64,000 nucleotides of DNA from assembly GCA_964016885.1 (NCBI GenBank), contig CAXHJY010001394.1, forward strand, positions 1-64,000, in the 5' to 3' direction. A model generated the notes under the pieces. That model ran no database searches. It was not told the DNA's origin and saw only the letters and a program-made list of their open reading frames with translations. How positions within the stretch are numbered: the stretch's first letter is position 1; each line of letters opens with the position of its first letter. Shown piece by piece: positions 55,496-64,000 of the stretch. The DNA is from Eledone cirrhosa. Lineage: Eukaryota. The position numbers and the translations under genes are program-made.

Positions 55496-58400
55496 GGCCC
55501 TGTGCGTCGATCGTGGGCCGGCCGGATGTTGACGGATCGATGTGTAATTAGAAGTACATGTGCGGACACTCATTGGCTGTGCGTGGTATGCATTTCAGCA
55601 AGATATCTCCGTAACATCAAGAGTTATGGCTGTGGAGGCACACCTAGTCAAACGTAAACAAGCTCTGGAGCGTATACGCTTCGCGATTTTGTTTACGTTT
55701 GACTAGGTGTGCCTCCACAGCCACAACTCTTGATGTTACGGAGATATCTTGCTGAAATGCATACCACGCACAGCCAATGAGTGTCCGCACATGTACTTCT
55801 AATTACACATCGATCCGTCAACATCCGGCCGGCCCACGATCGACGCACAGGGCCGGATGGCCCGTTTGCAGTGAATTTTCACCGGAATCGATCTGTAATT
55901 ACTGGTACATGTGCGGACACACATTTGCTGTGTGTGGTGTGATTTTCACGAAAAACTGCCCATGCTAAATGAGGAAGCTGAAGTCCGCCGGCGAATGGTG
56001 TGCTTCGAAGAAAACTAATTCGAAAATGACCGTTTGCAGGCGGAGTAACCTTTTCGATCGTGGGCCAGCCGCCCGTGGTGGGATACATCTGTAATTACTG
56101 GTACATGTGCGGACACACATTTGCTGTGTGTGGTGTGATTTTCGAGAAAGACTGCCCATGCTAAATGAGGAAGCTGAAGTCCGCCGGCGAATGGTGTGCT
56201 TCGAAGAAAACTAATTCGAAAATGACTATTTGCCGGCGGAATCACCTTTTCGGTCCTGGTCCGGCCGGATCTTGCCGGATCGATCGGAAATTTGTGGACC
56301 ATGTTCGGAAGGCCATTGTGCATGTGTGGTGAAAAAAATTTGTGTCGAAATCTTCTCGGAAAATAACGGATCGCCGGCGGAGATTGCCATTTCGATCGTG
56401 GGCCGGCCGGATCTTGTCGGATCGATTCGGACATATGTGCATCGTGTTCGCAAGGCCCTTGTCTATGTGTGGTGTGATTTTCATAAAGAAATTCCGAAAA
56501 ACCCAGTTTTAAATCTGATTTCGCCAAAGAATTTTGGCTATCAGATCGGGTTGAAAGGTATGGTTTCAGGTCGATCTGAAAGTCTAAAATGGAATTCACT
56601 CGGTTAGCTAACTTTTGATATATCGGAGATATCTTTCTGAAAATCACACCACACACTCCCAATGAGTGTCTGCACATGTACGAGTAATTACAGATGGATC
56701 CCACCACGGGCGGCCGGCCCACGATCGAAAAGGTTACTCCGAAGCACACCATTCGCCGGCGGAATTCATTTAGCATGGGCAGTTTTTCTCGAAAATCACA
56801 CCACACACAGCCAATGAGTGTCCGCACATGTACCAGTAATTACAGATGGATCCCACCACGGGCGGCTGGCCCACGATCGAAAAGGTTACTCCGCCTGCAA
56901 ACGGTCATTTTCGAATTAGTTTTCTTCGAAGCACACCATTCGCCGGCGGACTTCAGCTTCCTCATTTAGCATGGGCAGTTTTTCTCGAAAATCACACCAC
57001 ACACAGCAAATGTGTGTCCGCACATGTACCAGTAATTACAGATCGATTCCGGTGAAAATTCACTGAAAACGGGCCATTCTGCCCTGTGCGTCGATCGTGG
57101 GCCGGCCGGATGTTGACGGATCGATGTGTAATTAGAAGTACATGTGCGGACACTCATTGGCTGTGCGTGGTATGCATTTCAGCAAGATATCTCCGTAACA
57201 TCAAGAGTTATGGCTGTGGAGGCACACCTAGTCAAACGTAAACAAGCTCTGGAGCGTATACGCTTCGCGATTTTGTTTACGTTTGACTAGGTGTGCCTCC
57301 ACAGCCACAACTCTTGATGTTACGGAGATATCTTGCTGAAATGCATACCACGCACAGCCAATGAGTGTCCGCACATGTACTTCTAATTACACATCGATCC
57401 GTCAACATCCGGCCGGCCCACGATCGACGCACAGGGCCGGATGGCCCGTTTTCAGTGAATTTTCACCGGAATCGATCTGTAATTACTGGTACATGTGCGG
57501 ACACACATTTGCTGTGTGTGGTGTGATTTTCACGAAAAACTGCCCATGCTAAATGAGGAAGCTGAAGTCCGCCGGCGAATGGTGTGCTTCGAAGAAAACT
57601 AATTCGAAAATGACCGTTTGCAGGCGGAGTAACCTTTTCGATCGTGGGCCAGCCGCCCGTGGTGGGATACATCTGTAATTACTGGTACATGTGCGGACAC
57701 ACATTTGCTGTGTGTGGTGTGATTTTCGAGAAAGACTGCCCATGCTAAATGAGGAAGCTGAAGTCCGCCGGCGAATGGTGTGCTTCGAAGAAAACTAATT
57801 CGAAAATGACTATTTGCCGGCGGAATCACCTTTTCGGTCCTGGTCCGGCCGGATCTTGCCGGATCGATCGGAAATTTGTGGACCATGTTCGGAAGGCCAT
57901 TGTGCATGTGTGGTGAAAAAAATTTGTGTCGAAATCTTCTCGGAAAATAACGGATCGCCGGCGGAGATTGCCATTTCGATCGTGGGCCGGCCGGATCTTG
58001 TCGGATCGATTCGGACATATGTGCATCGTGTTCGCAAGGCCCTTGTCTATGTGTGGTGTGATTTTCATAAAGAAATTCCGAAAAACCCAGTTTTAAATCT
58101 GATTTCGCCAAAGAATTTTGGCTATCAGATCGGGTTGAAAGGTATGGTTTCAGGTCGATCTGAAAGTCTAAAATGGAATTCACTCGGTTAGCTAACTTTT
58201 GATATATCGGAGATATCTTTCTGAAAATCACACCACACACTCCCAATGAGTGTCTGCACATGTACCAGTAATTACAGATGGATCCCACCACGGGCGGCCG
58301 GCCCACGATCGAAAAGGTTACTCCGAAGCACACCATTCGCCGGCGGAATTCATTTAGCATGGGCAGTTTTTCTCGAAAATCACACCACACACAGCCAATG

Positions 58401-61400
58401 AGTGTCCGCACATGTACCAGTAATTACAGATGGATCCCACCACGGGCGGCTGGCCCACGATCGAAAAGGTTACTCCGCCTGCAAACGGTCATTTTCGAAT
58501 TAGTTTTCTTCGAAGCACACCATTCGCCGGCGGACTTCAGCTTCCTCATTTAGCATGGGCAGTTTTTCTCGAAAATCACACCACACACAGCAAATGTGTG
58601 TCCGCACATGTACCAGTAATTACAGATCGATTCCGGTGAAAATTCACTGAAAACGGGCCATTCTGCCCTGTGCGTCGATCGTGGGCCGGCCGGATGTTGA
58701 CGGATCGATGTGTAATTAGAAGTACATGTGCGGACACTCATTGGCTGTGCGTGGTATGCATTTCAGCAAGATATCTCCGTAACATCAAGAGTTATGGCTG
58801 TGGAGGCACACCTAGTCAAACGTAAACAAGCTCTGGAGCGTATACGCTTCGCGATTTTGTTTACGTTTGACTAGGTGTGCCTCCACAGCCACAACTCTTG
58901 ATGTTACGGAGATATCTTGCTGAAATGCATACCACGCACAGCCAATGAGTGTCCGCACATGTACTTCTAATTACACATCGATCCGTCAACATCCGGCCGG
59001 CCCACGATCGACGCACAGGGCCGGATGGCCCGTTTTCAGTGAATTTTCACCGGAATCGATCTGTAATTACTGGTACATGTGCGGACACACATTTGCTGTG
59101 TGTGGTGTGATTTTCACGAAAAACTGCCCATGCTAAATGAGGAAGCTGAAGTCCGCCGGCGAATGGTGTGCTTCGAAGAAAACTAATTCGAAAATGACCG
59201 TTTGCAGGCGGAGTAACCTTTTCGATCGTGGGCCAGCCGCCCGTGGTGGGATACATCTGTAATTACTGGTACATGTGCGGACACACATTTGCTGTGTGTG
59301 GTGTGATTTTCGAGAAAGACTGCCCATGCTAAATGAGGAAGCTGAAGTCCGCCGGCGAATGGTGTGCTTCGAAGAAAACTAATTCGAAAATGACTATTTG
59401 CCGGCGGAATCACCTTTTCGGTCCTGGTCCGGCCGGATCTTGCCGGATCGATCGGAAATTTGTGGACCATGTTCGGAAGGCCATTGTGCATGTGTGGTGA
59501 AAAAAATTTGTGTCGAAATCTTCTCGGAAAATAACGGATCGCCGGCGGAGATTGCCATTTCGATCGTGGGCCGGCCGGATCTTGTCGGATCGATTCGGAC
59601 ATATGTGCATCGTGTTCGCAAGGCCCTTGTCTATGTGTGGTGTGATTTTCATAAAGAAATTCCGAAAAACCCAGTTTTAAATCTGATTTCGCCAAAGAAT
59701 TTTGGCTATCAGATCGGGTTGAAAGGTATGGTTTCAGGTCGATCTGAAAGTCTAAAATGGAATTCACTCGGTTAGCTAACTTTTGATATATCGGAGATAT
59801 CTTTCTGAAAATCACACCACACACTCCCAATGAGTGTCTGCACATGTACCAGTAATTACAGATGGATCCCACCACGGGCAGCCGGCCCACGATCGAAAAG
59901 GTTACTCCGAAGCACACCATTCGCCGGCGGAATTCATTTAGCATGGGCAGTTTTTCTCGAAAATCACACCACACACAGCCAATGAGTGTCCGCACATGTA
60001 CCAGTAATTACAGATGGATCCCACCACGGGCGGCTGGCCCACGATCGAAAAGGTTACTCCGCCTGCAAACGGTCATTTTCGAATTAGTTTTCTTCGAAGC
60101 ACACCATTCGCCGGCGGACTTCAGCTTCCTCATTTAGCATGGGCAGTTTTTCTCGAAAATCACACCACACACAGCAAATGTGTGTCCGCACATGTACCAG
60201 TAATTACAGATCGATTCCGGTGAAAATTCACTGAAAACGGGCCATTCTGCCCTGTGCGTCGATCGTGGGCCGGCCGGATGTTGACGGATCGATGTGTAAT
60301 TAGAAGTACATGTGCGGACACTCATTGGCTGTGCGTGGTATGCATTTCAGCAAGATATCTCCGTAACATCAAGAGTTATGGCTGTGGAGGCACACCTAGT
60401 CAAACGTAAACAAGCTCTGGAGCGTATACGCTTCGCGATTTTGTTTACGTTTGACTAGGTGTGCCTCCACAGCCACAACTCTTGATGTTACGGAGATATC
60501 TTGCTGAAATGCATACCACGCACAGCCAATGAGTGTCCGCACATGTACTTCTAATTACACATCGATCCGTCAACATCCGGCCGGCCCACGATCGACGCAC
60601 AGGGCCGGATGGCCCGTTTTCAGTGAATTTTCACCGGAATCGATCTGTAATTACTGGTACATGTGCGGACACACATTTGCTGTGTGTGGTGTGATTTTCA
60701 CGAAAAACTGCCCATGCTAAATGAGGAAGCTGAAGTCCGCCGGCGAATGGTGTGCTTCGAAGAAAACTAATTCGAAAATGACCGTTTGCAGGCGGAGTAA
60801 CCTTTTCGATCGTGGGCCAGCCGCCCGTGGTGGGATACATCTGTAATTACTGGTACATGTGCGGACACACATTTGCTGTGTGTGGTGTGATTTTCGAGAA
60901 AGACTGCCCATGCTAAATGAGGAAGCTGAAGTCCGCCGGCGAATGGTGTGCTTCGAAGAAAACTAATTCGAAAATGACTATTTGCCGGCGGAATCACCTT
61001 TTCGGTCCTGGTCCGGCCGGATCTTGCCGGATCGATCGGAAATTTGTGGACCATGTTCGGAAGGCCATTGTGCATGTGTGGTGAAAAAAATTTGTGTCGA
61101 AATCTTCTCGGAAAATAACGGATCGCCGGCGGAGATTGCCATTTCGATCGTGGGCCGGCCGGATCTTGTCGGATCGATTCGGACATATGTGCATCGTGTT
61201 CGCAAGGCCCTTGTCTATGTGTGGTGTGATTTTCATAAAGAAATTCCGAAAAACCCAGTTTTAAATCTGATTTCGCCAAAGAATTTTGGCTATCAGATCG
61301 GGTTGAAAGGTATGGTTTCAGGTCGATCTGAAAGTCTAAAATGGAATTCACTCGGTTAGCTAACTATTGATATATCGGAGATATCTTTCTGAAAATCACA

Positions 61401-61767
61401 CCACACACTCCCAATGAGTGTCTGCACATGTCCCAGTAATTACAGATGGATCCCACCACGGGCGGCCGGCCCACGATCGAAAAGGTTACTCCGAAGCACA
61501 CCATTCGCCGGCGGAATTCATTTAGCATGGGCAGTTTTTCTCGAAAATCACACCACACACAGCCAATCAGTGTCCGCACATGTACCAGTAATTACAGATG
61601 GATCCCACTACGGGCGGCTGGCCCACGATCGAAAAGGTTACTCCGCCTGCAAACGGTCATTTTCGAATTCGTTTTCTTCGAAGCACACCATTCGCCGGCG
61701 GACTTCAGCTGCCTCATTTAGCATGGGCAGCTTTTCTCGAAAATCACACCACACACAGCCAATGAGT
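55496..61767. repeat. 1,584-bp palindromic satellite, ~4 monomers
   Basis: As above. Confidence 0.95.
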
Positions 61768-61842
61768 TTAAAATACTCACCGTTTGATTTGGAAAAACTT
61801 AAAATGCTCACATATATATGTGTATGTATTTATCTATGCATG

Positions 61843-61888
<46 letters not shown>

Positions 61889-64000
61889 TGTATTTATCTA
61901 TGTATTTATCTATATGCATGGATATATATATATATATATATATTTATCTATGTATTTATCTATATGCATGGATATATATATATATATATATATATATGTA
62001 TTTATCTATGCATGTATGAATATATAAAATATATATATATATATATGTGTGTATGTATTTATCTATGCATGTATGAATATATAAAATATATATATATATA
62101 TATATGTATGTATTTATCTATGCATGTATATATATATAAATATATACATAAATATATATATATATATATGTATTTATCTATGCATGTGTGCATACATATA
62201 TATATATATATATGTATTTATCTATACATGTATGTATATATATATATATACATATATAAGTATTTATCTATACATGTATGTATATATATATATACATATA
62301 TATGTATTTATCTATACATGTATGTATATATATATATATATATATATGTATATAAGTATTTATCTATACATGTATGTATATATAAAATATTGTCATGTTT
62401 ACAAAAATATTTTTCTAATATCGTGTTTAATATTTTATATTGTCGTCTGCTTCTCTTCTCACGTGGTTACTAACTCTCTCACCCTCTCTCTCTTTCCCCT
62501 CTCATACAACCCCTTCTTTCTCTTTCTTTCCCCTCTCACACAACCTCTTCTTTCTCTCTCTTTTTGCCAGTCCCTTCTCTCACTCTCTCTCCCTCTTCCT
62601 TTTTTATCTCTTTCTTTCTGTCTCTGTTTCCCTCCTATAGACATTCTCTCTCTCTCTTTCTGCTCTCACTCAGCCTTCTCTCTCTTTCCCCTCTCACACA
62701 GTCTTCTCTCTCTCTCTTTCCCCTCTCACACAGCATTCTCTCTCTCTCTCTCTCTCTTTCCCCTCTCACACAGCATTCTCTCTCTCTCTCTCTCTTTATT
62801 TCCCCTCTCACACAGCCTTCTCTCTCTATCTATCTATCTCTCTCTCTGGAGATTTTTTAACACAAAGTCACACAAGGATTAGAAAAATGGCGATAATCAC
62901 TTTGAAAGTAACAATTATGCAATAAATAGTTGTTATTGCCACGTCTCGTATCCTCCTTTGGCAATGTGTAAAATGTTAGCGAGATCGAGTGAACAATACA
63001 CAAGTTATAATACTTTACAGACGGGACTTATACAGTAGATGTAGCAAAATGCGTAGATTACGATTCTTGAGACGAGATTAAAATATACGATTATGGGATA
63101 CTTTAAGAAGACGAGTAGATGTTTGAGTAGATTTAGCTGCTTTTTCTAGCATTTTTAGTTATACTTTGAAGCAAATTTTTTTTGTTACTATTATATTAAA
63201 AGTTATCTGGTTACGTTATTTGACTGGTATTTCTAGCATTTTACAAGGACCACGTGTGTGTTTTATTTGAGGAAGATCTAGTTGTTATTTCTGATATTTT
63301 CTTCATCAAGTTAGTTGCTATTTCCTGCATCCTCTTGAAGACAAGGAATAATAATGAATTAGCTGCTGTTTCTAGTAGGTTCTATGGTAGTGGTGAGCGT
63401 GGGAGGGAGGTTTGACTGCTATTTTTAGCAGGTTCTAAGGCATTGAGGTTTATGTTTTACGAGAGATTTGGCTGTTATTTCTAACATGTTATAATGGAGA
63501 GAGAGAGAGAGAGTATAAGATATACAGAGAGAGGGAGTATAAGATATAGAGAGAGGGGAAACGGCCGATGTTTACGTTGAGAAAACCTAATAAAATGTTA
63601 TAAATGGGTTTATAAAGAATAGAATGAGATAAACAAGACAAAGTTAGATAAAATAAATCAGCTGTAAGGATATTATACGATATATTTATAATATTTTAAT
63701 ATATTTTTCCTGGTCGTCTGCTGCCATTGATAGAGAGAGGAGTGGTGGGAGGTAGCCATAACAACCGTGGTAGCAGCACTGAGGTTTGTTTTTAAAGAAG
63801 TGAATACAAGAAAAACAAGCAACTAAGAATATTAATCTCTTAAACCCTTCAAGATGTGTATGACAAGAAAGAAGACGTTTTAGAGTCGTATGACATAGAT
63901 GATAACTGGAAATTCTTACGTGACAACTTACTGCAGGCTACTGAAGAAACTTGTGGCTGGAGCAGAGCTCCGACCAGACAGAGAGTGACCTGGTGGTGGG
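61766..64000 (+). repeat. Macrosatellite unit 5 (partial, runs off window)
   Basis: Same start junction and sequence as the earlier units. Confidence 0.95.

Larger units (their letters stand above)
47184..61765 (+). repeat. Macrosatellite unit 4 (14,582 bp; 4-copy inner satellite)
   Basis: Inner monomer markers at 55777, 57361, 58945 and 60529 (spacing 1584). Confidence 0.95.

Overview
Eukaryotic, repeat-dominated DNA with no recognisable host gene. The repeat repertoire ((TA)n tracts, RTE LINEs with (GAT)n tails, piggyBac/mariner MITEs) looks like an invertebrate, probably an octopus/coleoid genome; this is an inference. (1) 941-6874 is a near-perfect ~5.9-kb palindrome of two head-to-head, 5'-truncated Penelope-like retroelement (PLE) copies. 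Each carries an identical 418-aa ORF (C-terminal RT part plus GIY-YIG endonuclease) and a minimal hammerhead ribozyme (HHR) near its 3' end, and the pair sits in (TA)n. (2) 7208-7848 is a small non-coding, (TA)n-anchored element with a canonical type I HHR on the minus strand. A diverged relative at 9497-9754 begins essentially at the predicted ribozyme cleavage site, as expected for a retrozyme-like or non-autonomous PLE family. (3) 8120-9140 is an AT-rich foldback. (4) From 9711 to the end is a tandem macrosatellite with units of 11,614, 11,413, 14,446 and 14,582 bp plus a partial fifth. Each unit carries decayed RTE LINEs, MITEs and a nested GC/CpG-rich 1,584-bp satellite (about 2 or 4 copies) that is itself mostly palindromic. 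Most ORFs in the supplied track are microsatellite or satellite artefacts.
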